The notes below the pieces were generated by a model. That model was not told where the DNA came from, searched no databases, and worked only from the letters and a program-made list of their open reading frames with translations. A DNA stretch of 64,000 nt from an uncultured Puniceicoccaceae bacterium (GTDB lineage Bacteria > Verrucomicrobiota > Verrucomicrobiia > Opitutales > Seribacteraceae). Made by a program: the position numbers and the translations under genes. Positions 40,806-49,352 of this stretch are shown in pieces. Within the stretch, counting starts at the first letter, position 1; the number at the start of each line of letters is the position of its first letter. The stretch covers positions 40,581 to 104,580 of the forward strand of contig CAYLIJ010000001.1 of the NCBI GenBank assembly GCA_964383925.1. The letters are read 5' to 3'.

Positions 40806-40832
40806 TAGTCGACCACAACTAATGCTACTTAA
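40806..40832 (-). promoter_or_regulatory. Sigma-28 (FliA/SigD)-like promoter, copy 1
   Basis: TTAA-N15-GTCGACTA vs consensus TAAA-N15-GCCGATAA; same position as in copy 2. Confidence 0.55.
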
Positions 40833-41046
40833 GTCAAAAAATTAATTTTCTTAAATTAAGTAATTTTTTTCTACACTTTGGACTTTCCTACTTTAAATAA
40901 GCTTCCAATAGGAATAGAGAAGTGCCTTGATCTCTTTTTGGAAACAAGATGATTACTCAACAACTCGCTATAATTGGAGTAATTGAGTGCAACAAAGTTC
41001 CAATCTTGGAATCGCTAGTTCTTTATGAATGTCCAAAAATTGAAGA

Positions 41047-41331
41047 CTAGAACCTTTCTTCTGAAAGTATTCTTTCAGCAACACTAGTGAAGGGATCTTC
41101 AAAACTATCTGAAAGCTCCTCCAATATTTCTGGATGGGAACACGGAGCGTCGGGCATTTCCATAAGTTGATCAACCCATTTACCAATTTCTTCTTTAGAA
41201 ATTTCGTCCTGAGGTTCGGACGGAAATGAAATTAGATCATCCCGATTGTTACAGTTTAAATCCGAAAGTTTTAAATCATCACTCATAATTAAGTTATCCT
41301 CATTTTTTAGATAGTCTTGAATATATATCAC
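41047..41331 (-). CDS. Small acidic hypothetical protein, paralog 2
   Basis: Shares MIYIQDYL, DLIxFPS, EIGKWVDxLxExPD, DPFxxVAERILS with 40400-40693. Confidence 0.75.
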   Translation of the reverse strand: MIYIQDYLKNEDNLIMSDDLKLSDLNCNNRDDLISFPSEPQDEISKEEIGKWVDQLMEMPDAPCSHPEILEELSDSFEDPFTSVAERILSEERF

Positions 41332-41438
41332 AACAAGTAGTTTATAATGCCTTTGGGGACATTGTTTTAGGTTGTGATTCTAATCTACCTCCTGTGGACT
41401 GAATCAGATTTAAATATAGCTGCATCCTTGCTGCCAAT
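41327..41438 (-). promoter_or_regulatory. Structured 5' leader with two CsrA-type GGA motifs, copy 2
   Basis: GCAGCAAGGATGCAGC (41419-41434), CCACAGGAGG (41388-41397); 41367-41413 identical to 40730-40776. Confidence 0.7.
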
Positions 41439-41443
41439 TTCTA

Positions 41444-41470
41444 TAATCGACCATAATTCTAACGACTTTA
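41444..41470 (-). promoter_or_regulatory. Sigma-28 (FliA/SigD)-like promoter, copy 2
   Basis: TAAA-N15-GTCGATTA vs consensus TAAA-N15-GCCGATAA. Confidence 0.7.
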
Positions 41471-41538
41471 GTAAAAAATCATTTTTTCTATATCTGAATG
41501 ATCTTTTCATTTGCTTCAGAAAAAGTGAAAATGGGGAC

Positions 41539-42354
41539 ATGACTAAAATATTATCTAAGGCCTATTCCAATAAAGAGTTTCTAAATAGCCATGAAGCTCG
41601 CCCTATCCGAGTTCAATGTGAATTAATTGAACCAGAAATTCGCCTCCGAGAAAAAGGAGTTGAAAACTCGATAGTTTTTTTTGGTTCAGCACGTTCAAAA
41701 TCACTAGTTCAAGCACAAGAAGAACTTAATATTTTAAAGACAAACCTGCCTTCAGAATCTAAGATGACTGATGAAAATAAGGTCGATCTTGCCAAAAAAG
41801 AAAGCATTGTAAAACTGTCCAAGTATTATGACGATGCAGTCGAACTTTCAGCACGATTAACAGAGTGGTCAAATTCGCAGGAAAAACCTGAAAATAAATA
41901 TTATGTTTGCTCTGGTGGCGGACCAGGTATGATGGAAGCGGCCAATAAGGGTGCCGCAGAAGTTGGCGGGAAATCAATTGCTCTGGGAATTAGTCTTCCA
42001 TTTGAGCAAGGTGTTAATCAATATGCCACACCAGAATTATCCTTCGAATTTCATTATTTCTTTGTTCGGAAATTTTATTTTCTCTATCATGCCAAAGCGG
42101 TTGTGGTATTCCCTGGGGGATTTGGTACAATGGATGAACTTTTTGAAACATTAACATTAATCCAAACTAAAAAACTTGGTAAAAAAATGCCCATAATTCT
42201 TTATGGGCGTGAGTTTTGGGAAGGCTTAATTAATTTTGAACAATTTATAAAATGGGGAGTCATTTCTCCCAAAGATGTTGAATTATTTAAAATTGTAGAC
42301 GAAGTCGAAAATGCTTATTCCCTCATTACCACGAACCTTCAAAAACCTAATTAA
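41539..42354 (+). CDS. LOG family nucleotide phosphoribohydrolase (TIGR00730-like)
   Basis: FGSAR, GGGPGMMEAANKGA, FHYFFVRK, PGGFGTMDE; start moved to MTKILS. Confidence 0.92.
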   Translation: MTKILSKAYSNKEFLNSHEARPIRVQCELIEPEIRLREKGVENSIVFFGSARSKSLVQAQEELNILKTNLPSESKMTDENKVDLAKKESIVKLSKYYDDAVELSARLTEWSNSQEKPENKYYVCSGGGPGMMEAANKGAAEVGGKSIALGISLPFEQGVNQYATPELSFEFHYFFVRKFYFLYHAKAVVVFPGGFGTMDELFETLTLIQTKKLGKKMPIILYGREFWEGLINFEQFIKWGVISPKDVELFKIVDEVENAYSLITTNLQKPN

Positions 42355-42393
42355 CACGATAATCAAGAGGTCCTGGAATAATTCGAAATACAG

Positions 42394-43308
42394 TCAATTA
42401 TTCGACAATAGATCTAGACAAGTTTGAAAGTCTGCAGGCAATTCAGCTTTGAAATTAAGTTCTTGATTAGTTACTGGGTGAGTAAACTTCAAACAATGTG
42501 CGTGTAGCATCACACGGTTGAATGCGGAATGTTTTTTTGCTCCATAAGTTACGTCACCAGCTAATGGATGTCCGAGAAATGAAAGATGTACACGAATTTG
42601 ATGGGTTCTTCCTGTATGAATTTTGACGCGAAGAAAGCTAAAGGATTCTTTGTATTGGGTTATGGTTTCCCATTCAGTCAGTGCGTGCTTACCATGATCC
42701 ACCACTGCCATTTTGGTTCGATTCTTAGGATGTCGACCTATCGGTTGATCCACTCTTCCCGTTAAAGAGGGAGGCAAACCAAAAACCAAAGCAAAATATT
42801 CCTTCTTTGTCTTTCTTTGTGAGAATTGATCAACCAATGAATAATAAGCCCCTTCAGTCTTAGCTACTACCATAACTCCACTAGTTTCCTTATCCAAACG
42901 ATGAACTATCCCAGGTCTTTCTGGGGCACCTACTGGACATAATCCTCCAGGGTAATGATGAAGTAACGCATGGACCAATGTGTCGTCTTTCGTTCCATCT
43001 CCAGGATGCACGACCATTCCACTTGCTTTATTGATCACTAGTATTTCATCGTCCTCAAACAAAATATCAATGGGGATATCTTTAGAAATAAGGGGAGCAA
43101 CCAGTTCTCTTTTCAGGTCAATCCAAAGTTCATCACCAGGGCAAATTTTTGTTTTTGCTACAAGTATTGAACCATCCTTTCTTCTTACTTTTTTCTCTTC
43201 AATTGCCTTTTGAATCAAAGAACGACTTTTGTCAGGAAATGCATGAGCAAGAATTTTGTCAACCCGTCCTGGTATTCCATCCGGACATATAAAAAGATCT
43301 TCAACCAT
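42394..43308 (-). CDS. rluD: RluA/RluD family pseudouridine synthase
   Basis: S4-like N-terminus, NKASGMVVHP, GIVHRLDKETSG, TGRTHQIRVH. Confidence 0.9.
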   Translation of the reverse strand: MVEDLFICPDGIPGRVDKILAHAFPDKSRSLIQKAIEEKKVRRKDGSILVAKTKICPGDELWIDLKRELVAPLISKDIPIDILFEDDEILVINKASGMVVHPGDGTKDDTLVHALLHHYPGGLCPVGAPERPGIVHRLDKETSGVMVVAKTEGAYYSLVDQFSQRKTKKEYFALVFGLPPSLTGRVDQPIGRHPKNRTKMAVVDHGKHALTEWETITQYKESFSFLRVKIHTGRTHQIRVHLSFLGHPLAGDVTYGAKKHSAFNRVMLHAHCLKFTHPVTNQELNFKAELPADFQTCLDLLSNN

Positions 43309-44308
43309 CAAAAGTATCAATTTGAGCGGTTAATTTCTCAATTTGAATTAAGAATTTATTTTTCGTATTTTCATCTAAATCTGCCACTCGAAAGCCATTA
43401 GAAATCAAATTTGCAATTTCATGACGATTCAAAGATAAGTGTTCAAATAAAGCAAGGAATTCATCATTCAGTGAATTATTAAAAGATAAAGGATCATCAG
43501 TACTAACGGTACACTGAATCCCTTTATTTAAAAATTCCTTAATGGGATGATTCTCTAGTCGATCCACTACTCTTAATTTATAGTTACTGATAGGACACAT
43601 ATCTAGCGTGATCTCCTCATCAATTAAAAGTTGCACTACATTCTCATCCTCAATTGCACGTGTACCATGCTGGATTCTCTTCACCTTCAATTCATTTACT
43701 GCCTGGCTTACATTCGACGCAGGTCCAAATTCCCCCGCATGTGCCTTTACCATTTTTCCATTACCTCGAGCTTTCTCCCAAAATCGCGGTATCCAGGGTT
43801 CGAACGGTAATGATTCTAGACCATGTAGATCTATACCTGATAGTTGATCCCATCCAATTGCTTCCTCAAGTAGAGGTCCAAGATAAGGAGTGTAAGCATT
43901 TCGACTAATCCCGAGAAAAACTCGTACCTCAAGTCCGTCCGGAACTGCATCGAGGATTGCATTTAAAATTTCTTCTCCTGGCAATTTTAAAAATTCCATC
44001 ATTCCTGCATGAAAGCTAGTTTCTACATACTTTACATTTTGCTGAACATGTTTTGAAAAAATTAGTTTAGCCGCTTCATGATAGCTCTCCGTAGAATCAA
44101 ACCAGCACATTGCATGCTCGATTAAGATCTCTTCAAACTGTTCGAAACTATCATACCTAAAACTAGGCTCTCTGAAGGCAGGTGTTTGTGAAAACCGATT
44201 CGGATCTTTTTTTACCAAAAGCTCCCATGGCAAAGCACCCTCAACATGTAAATGAGTCTCAGTCTTGGGCAAAGATTCAAGAAAGCGATTCAATGCCGGT
44301 AGACTCAT
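43301..44308 (-). CDS. add: Adenosine/adenine deaminase family protein
   Basis: LPKTETHLHVEG, HAGE, RIQHG, CPISN, STDDP. Confidence 0.9.
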   Translation of the reverse strand: MSLPALNRFLESLPKTETHLHVEGALPWELLVKKDPNRFSQTPAFREPSFRYDSFEQFEEILIEHAMCWFDSTESYHEAAKLIFSKHVQQNVKYVETSFHAGMMEFLKLPGEEILNAILDAVPDGLEVRVFLGISRNAYTPYLGPLLEEAIGWDQLSGIDLHGLESLPFEPWIPRFWEKARGNGKMVKAHAGEFGPASNVSQAVNELKVKRIQHGTRAIEDENVVQLLIDEEITLDMCPISNYKLRVVDRLENHPIKEFLNKGIQCTVSTDDPLSFNNSLNDEFLALFEHLSLNRHEIANLISNGFRVADLDENTKNKFLIQIEKLTAQIDTFDG

Positions 44309-44323
44309 TTTAGTTTATCCTAT

Positions 44324-45442
44324 TTAAGAATTCTGTAGCAGGTAATCTGGATTTAATTTGTGCAAATCTTCAGGAATGAATTCCCCATCTTTACGAATTA
44401 ATTCACCGTCAAACCAAATTTCACCACCACCATATTCAGGTCTTTGTATATTCACCATATCCCAATGAACTTGAGACTTATTTCCATTATTTGCTTCTTC
44501 GTAAGCCTGGCCTGGAGTAAAATGGAATGAGCCTGCAATTTTCTCATCGAACAAAATATCAAGCATTGGTTCCCGGATCATAGGATTGAAGGCAATCGCA
44601 AATTCCCCAATAAAACGAGCCCCGTCATCCGAATCTAATATCTCAGTTAATTTATCTGGGTTGGAGGATGAGCTTGATTCAACAATCTTACCTTTTTCAA
44701 AACTAAGAACCACATTAGAAAATGAACTACCTTGATAGATCGTGTCTGCATTAAATGTAATTGTTCCTTCCACACTATCGCGAACTGGGCATGAAAAAAC
44801 TTCCCCATCCGGAATATTATGAGTTCCTCCACAGGCAACTGCATCAATCCCTTTAATAGAAAACTTAAGATCAGTCCCAGGACCAACAATCTTAACTTGA
44901 TCGGCAACTCGCATACGATTTTCCAATGCAAGCATTCCCACACTCATTCGTCCGTAATCCATACAACAAGCATCAAAATAAAAATTTTCAAAAGCCTCGC
45001 TACTCATTTTAGCCTGCTGTGCCATCGAGGAAGAAGGCCAACGCAATACACACCATTTTGTTTTCTGTACTCTCCAATCAAGGACAGGTTTAAGAATTTT
45101 CATTGCCTTTTTCAAATCTTCCTGAGGAAGGTCTGAATTCTCGAAAACATTTAAAGATCCACGAATAGCGATATAAGCATCCATACTTTTCATCCGCTCC
45201 ATTTCCCAATTTAAGGAAGTTTCAAATTGTATATCTTCTCCACCTAGAATGCATTCTCGATCAATGCGACCATTTTGAACTTGTACAAAAGGAATGGCCT
45301 TACAATCCCTTGCCGCTCGGACTAAGGCTAGTGTCATATCCTGAGGAATATCAATTGCGTGAATAAGTACTTTCTCGCCAGCGTTTAACTTAGTGGAATG
45401 ATAAACTAGGGTATCAGCCAATTTTTCGTATCTATGATCCAT
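44324..45442 (-). CDS. M29 aminopeptidase (AmpS/PepS-like)
   Basis: [34 protein letters not shown]. Confidence 0.92.
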   Translation of the reverse strand: MDHRYEKLADTLVYHSTKLNAGEKVLIHAIDIPQDMTLALVRAARDCKAIPFVQVQNGRIDRECILGGEDIQFETSLNWEMERMKSMDAYIAIRGSLNVFENSDLPQEDLKKAMKILKPVLDWRVQKTKWCVLRWPSSSMAQQAKMSSEAFENFYFDACCMDYGRMSVGMLALENRMRVADQVKIVGPGTDLKFSIKGIDAVACGGTHNIPDGEVFSCPVRDSVEGTITFNADTIYQGSSFSNVVLSFEKGKIVESSSSSNPDKLTEILDSDDGARFIGEFAIAFNPMIREPMLDILFDEKIAGSFHFTPGQAYEEANNGNKSQVHWDMVNIQRPEYGGGEIWFDGELIRKDGEFIPEDLHKLNPDYLLQNS

Positions 45443-45473
45443 AATTTAAGTAAAAAAAAGTTGAGAATACATA

Positions 45474-46760
45474 TTACAAACCTCTTCGAATCTTCGAACC
45501 GGGAAAGTTAATTCTTACCCGGTAAACTTTCTTCACGCGGTTAATAATTTCGTAGGTTTTCGGATCAATCCGAGAAGGAACTTCCATTCTGCGTATATCA
45601 ACAACAGCAGTAAACCCTCTTTCAGTAAAAACATCGATCAACATTGCGATTGCCAGTGGATCAGCAAAAACAGAAGCTTCCGAGTTAATGTAAGCTAAAC
45701 CAGAAATTGAGTGTTTCTCAACGATGGGTATAAATTTACTTTTGATTAATCCGACGACTTGTTCAAAAAGCTCAGGGTGAAATTTTTGATAAGAATCTAG
45801 TCTTTGTACCAAGAGTTGCCTGGCATGTAATGAAAGTTTTTCAGCTAAGGGGATTGATGAAATTTGGTCATGAGTTAATTCATCGAGTTCCAAAGAACTC
45901 TGATATTTCAGCTCCTGAATAATACGTTGCTGAACTTCAATAACTGAACCATGTGCATTAATAAAATGGTAGTGAAAAACATCTCGCAATGTAGTGAGCG
46001 AATCGTAAGTGGATTCTTTAAAAGTCTTGTAACGACTATGAGCGGCAGCCTCATCTAAATCAGTTTTACGAACTTCTCTTATTTTACCAACTCCGGATGC
46101 TTCAACTTCAGCATTATGGTCTAATGTTCTTTGGCCACGAAGAAATTGTCTGTGTACACTTTCTTCTTCATCAATGAACAACATGATAATGTGAAAGCGT
46201 GGTTTGGGAAATTGTGCTTCCTGAAATGTACCTAGGTATTTGCGTCGTAGTTCAGTCAATCGACGATGGAAAAGTTTTAAGCATTCAACTTGAGTTTTAG
46301 TCCTAGGGTATCCATCTACAATCGCACCGCTTTGGTAGTTGGGCTCAAGAAGGCATCGTAATACCAATTTTGTTACCTCTCGGTCACCAGCTAATAATCC
46401 CGCATCAATTTTTTTTCGGGCTTCTGGAGAGTTCAACAATTCACTTACAATAATAGGTTTTTCAGTTAAATCCCGAAACTCCATAATGAAAGCAGTTTGA
46501 GTACCTTTACCAGCACCAGGAGATCCATTAAGCCAAAAAATTTCCGCAGGAAAATGAAGATTTTCTACCCCAACCTCTTGTTCGAGCTCATGCCAAATAG
46601 AATGGAAAATTAATTGTGCGTCTTTAACCTCGAGGTCTTCCACTTTCTTTTTCTGACTAACTGGAAATTCCGAAGAAACAGCCGGTACATTAAGCTTTTT
46701 ACCATCGGTCGAGGAACTTTTTACAACAGTAGGCTTTTCAGTTTTAGATTTAGGAGGCAT
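45474..46760 (-). CDS. Adenylate/NMP kinase-like protein with long extensions
   Basis: P-loop GSPGAGKGT, DGYPRTKTQ. Confidence 0.8.
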   Translation of the reverse strand: MPPKSKTEKPTVVKSSSTDGKKLNVPAVSSEFPVSQKKKVEDLEVKDAQLIFHSIWHELEQEVGVENLHFPAEIFWLNGSPGAGKGTQTAFIMEFRDLTEKPIIVSELLNSPEARKKIDAGLLAGDREVTKLVLRCLLEPNYQSGAIVDGYPRTKTQVECLKLFHRRLTELRRKYLGTFQEAQFPKPRFHIIMLFIDEEESVHRQFLRGQRTLDHNAEVEASGVGKIREVRKTDLDEAAAHSRYKTFKESTYDSLTTLRDVFHYHFINAHGSVIEVQQRIIQELKYQSSLELDELTHDQISSIPLAEKLSLHARQLLVQRLDSYQKFHPELFEQVVGLIKSKFIPIVEKHSISGLAYINSEASVFADPLAIAMLIDVFTERGFTAVVDIRRMEVPSRIDPKTYEIINRVKKVYRVRINFPGSKIRRGL

Positions 46761-46812
46761 AAATTCTTTTATATAAAGGCAAATGATTCGTCAATAACAG
46801 GACATTGAATAA

Positions 46813-47622
46813 TTAAATCCCCCCCCCACTCTCATATTCGCGCATTTCCAATAAATTATGGTCCATGCCCAATGCTGGAGAAACATTTTTAATCTTACCG
46901 ATTTCTTTTGCAGGTACTCCAGCAACTGAAACATGTGGAGATACATCATTTAACACAACACTACTTGCTCCGATCCTCGAGCCTTCACCTATCTCAACAT
47001 TACCCAAGATCTTAGCTCCGGCTCCAATTAAAACCCCAGATCTAATTTTAGGGTGGCGGTCACCACGCTCCTTACCAGTCCCCCCAAGAGTCACTTCGTG
47101 TAAGATCGAAACATTATCTTCAATTACTGTTGTTTCTCCAGCCACGAAACCAGTGGCATGATCAAGCAAAATCCCCTTGCCAATAATCGCAGCTGGATGG
47201 ATATCAACCGAGTAAACCACTGCTACTAGACTTTGTAAATAAAGTGCTAAATCTTTTCGATTGTGTTTCCAAAGAGAATTAGCCACTCGATAACAGCACA
47301 AAGCTTGAAATCCTTTATAGTATAAAAAAGGACTAATAAAATCATTACATGCAGGATCTCTTTCAGTAACTGCGATAAGATCAAACTCTACGCTCTCAAG
47401 CATTTCACGATCTTCCGTAAACGCCTTCTTTATTAAATCGCGAATATCACTTTCTGGGACGCTATTTTTTACCAACCTCGCCGCCAACCTCCAACCTAAT
47501 GCATCGCAAAGGTTATCGCGCTCCAAAATGAACTCAGTTAACACCTTGGAGAGGATTCTCTCTTTTGATGCAACCTCTTTTGCCTCTTTGACCAAAGTTT
47601 CCCAAACCATAGAATCTGCCAT
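46813..47622 (-). CDS. cysE: Serine O-acetyltransferase
   Basis: RDPAC, DIHPAA, DHATG, TLGGTGKERGDRHPK, C-terminal Ile. Confidence 0.96.
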   Translation of the reverse strand: MADSMVWETLVKEAKEVASKERILSKVLTEFILERDNLCDALGWRLAARLVKNSVPESDIRDLIKKAFTEDREMLESVEFDLIAVTERDPACNDFISPFLYYKGFQALCCYRVANSLWKHNRKDLALYLQSLVAVVYSVDIHPAAIIGKGILLDHATGFVAGETTVIEDNVSILHEVTLGGTGKERGDRHPKIRSGVLIGAGAKILGNVEIGEGSRIGASSVVLNDVSPHVSVAGVPAKEIGKIKNVSPALGMDHNLLEMREYESGGGI

Positions 47623-47639
47623 TGTATTAAAAGTTATAA

Positions 47640-48299
47640 TTACTTCTCTTGATCCACTCCATAATATGTTTCACCAATATTTACTTTCTTCCGCCCCTGC
47701 GAAACTCTCCATTTATTAGTATCCCGAAGAGAATAGACACAACCACAATATTCTTGCTGATAGAAATTCTCTCTCTTCGAAATTTCAATCATTCGTTGCG
47801 AACCTCCAGCCTTCCTCCAATTATAAGTCCAATAACCTATGTTCTCATATCGAGCAGCTGCACGTTCTCCACATCCATTAATTTGTTTCATATTTTTCCA
47901 ACGAGAAATCCCCAAGCTACTGGAAAATAAGTTGAAACCATTTTCATGGGCATAAAGTGCCGTTCTTTCAAAACGCATGTCAAAACAAGCAGTGCATCGA
48001 ACTCCTCTTTCAGGTTCCCACTCTAGGCCCTTAACTCGCTCAAACCAATTTCTCGCATCATAATCTACATCTATATGTTCAACTCCAATTTTATCGCAAA
48101 ACTTTTTATCCTCTGTCTTTCTAATTTCGTATTCTTTTTTGGGATGAATGTTGGGATTGTAAAAAAAGACAAAAGGTTGAATTTTTGAATTTAACAGAGT
48201 TTCTAAAACCTCCCCCTCACATGGAGCACAACAAGAGTGTAATAATAAACGACTTTCCTTATTCGGTGCCTCTATGATCGGTCTTTCCGCCGTATTCAT
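47640..48299 (-). CDS. queH: Epoxyqueuosine reductase QueH (DUF208)
   Basis: [34 protein letters not shown]. Confidence 0.92.
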   Translation of the reverse strand: MNTAERPIIEAPNKESRLLLHSCCAPCEGEVLETLLNSKIQPFVFFYNPNIHPKKEYEIRKTEDKKFCDKIGVEHIDVDYDARNWFERVKGLEWEPERGVRCTACFDMRFERTALYAHENGFNLFSSSLGISRWKNMKQINGCGERAAARYENIGYWTYNWRKAGGSQRMIEISKRENFYQQEYCGCVYSLRDTNKWRVSQGRKKVNIGETYYGVDQEK

Positions 48300-48338
48300 G
48301 GTAATTAAAATGCTTATGTAACAAATAAAAGCAATCGG

Positions 48339-49352
48339 TTATTCACGCAATGACTCAGCTTTCAGACCACGGCTCATTAAATCAGACAAAGCAATAAATG
48401 GGTCTTTCCCTTCGTAAAGAATTCCATAAATTTCTCGAAGGATTGGCATTTCCACACCCTGATGATCACATTTTTCGAAAAAACAAGCCGTTGCCCAATA
48501 ACCCTCTACAACAGTTTTTTGTTTTCCGATAATCTCTTTAGGTGTTCCTCCTTTTGCCAATGCTAAACCGAAAGTTCGATTCCTACTCCATTCGCCGATG
48601 CAAGTTCCAATTAAATCTCCAAAACCACTTAATCCAAAAAAAGTCTCACTCTCCCCACCAAGAGAAATTCCAAGATTGATCATTTCATTCATACTCCTAG
48701 TTAGCAATGCAGCCCTTGCATTATCTCCCAAGCCCAAACCGTCTGAAAGGCCCGTAGCAATTGCATAAACATTTTTCAAACAACTACCTAAACCAACACC
48801 GACTCGATCCTCAGAACGGTAAATCCTCATGGTTTTAGAACTTAAACTGCTCTGAAGGTTAATCAGTTCCGATTCTTTACAGTCCATCGCCAAAACCATT
48901 GCTGTTGGCTTATTAACAGCCACATCATGAGCATGACTTGGACCTGTTAAATATCCCGAACCAATCTCATTACCAAGTTCTTCCTGTATGACCTCATGAG
49001 CAAATAAATTACTCTTAGGCTCAAGACCTTTACAAAGAGCAATTCCACCCTTTAGTTGCCATGAATCCTCTTTGTGCATCTTGACCTGTATACAACTTTC
49101 CCTAAGTGCATGGGATGGACATGCAAAAAAAAGGTACTCGCACTCCATAAGGACCGGACGAAGGGAACAACCGATTTGCAAGTCCTGGTCAAAATTAATC
49201 CCGGGTAGATAATCCTTATTCTCCCGGTCCGATGAAAGGGTCAAGGCATGTTCGACACGGCGAGGAATTAAAGATACCGAGTGTCCGCACTTAGAAAGAT
49301 AAACTGCCATCGCAGTTCCCCACGCACCTGCACCAAGTACGCAAAAATTCAT
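48339..49352 (-). CDS. gpsA: NAD(P)H-dependent glycerol-3-phosphate dehydrogenase
   Basis: GAGAWGTA, LKNVYAI, GLSGFGDL, SRNR, VVEG. Confidence 0.95.
   Translation of the reverse strand: MNFCVLGAGAWGTAMAVYLSKCGHSVSLIPRRVEHALTLSSDRENKDYLPGINFDQDLQIGCSLRPVLMECEYLFFACPSHALRESCIQVKMHKEDSWQLKGGIALCKGLEPKSNLFAHEVIQEELGNEIGSGYLTGPSHAHDVAVNKPTAMVLAMDCKESELINLQSSLSSKTMRIYRSEDRVGVGLGSCLKNVYAIATGLSDGLGLGDNARAALLTRSMNEMINLGISLGGESETFFGLSGFGDLIGTCIGEWSRNRTFGLALAKGGTPKEIIGKQKTVVEGYWATACFFEKCDHQGVEMPILREIYGILYEGKDPFIALSDLMSRGLKAESLRE

Noticed and set aside
40946..40960. 15-bp sequence AAGATGATTACTCAA also present near 58772, upstream of the HDOD genes
   Set aside because: Matches of this length are plausible by chance in an AT-rich 64-kb window and no further support was seen
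40968..41186. 72-aa alternative-frame ORF, and the many short antisense ORFs nested in known genes
   Set aside because: They overlap better-supported genes and show no motifs; treated as shadow ORFs
40689..41470. Repeated 47-bp block as a CRISPR array or IS end
   Set aside because: Only two copies 637 bp apart, each tied to a paralogous ORF; no cas or transposase gene; fits a tandem duplication
41374..41538. N-terminal extension of the LOG ORF in the ORF track
   Set aside because: Overlaps the opposite-strand promoter/leader of the duplicated module; LOG-like sequence starts at ATG 41539
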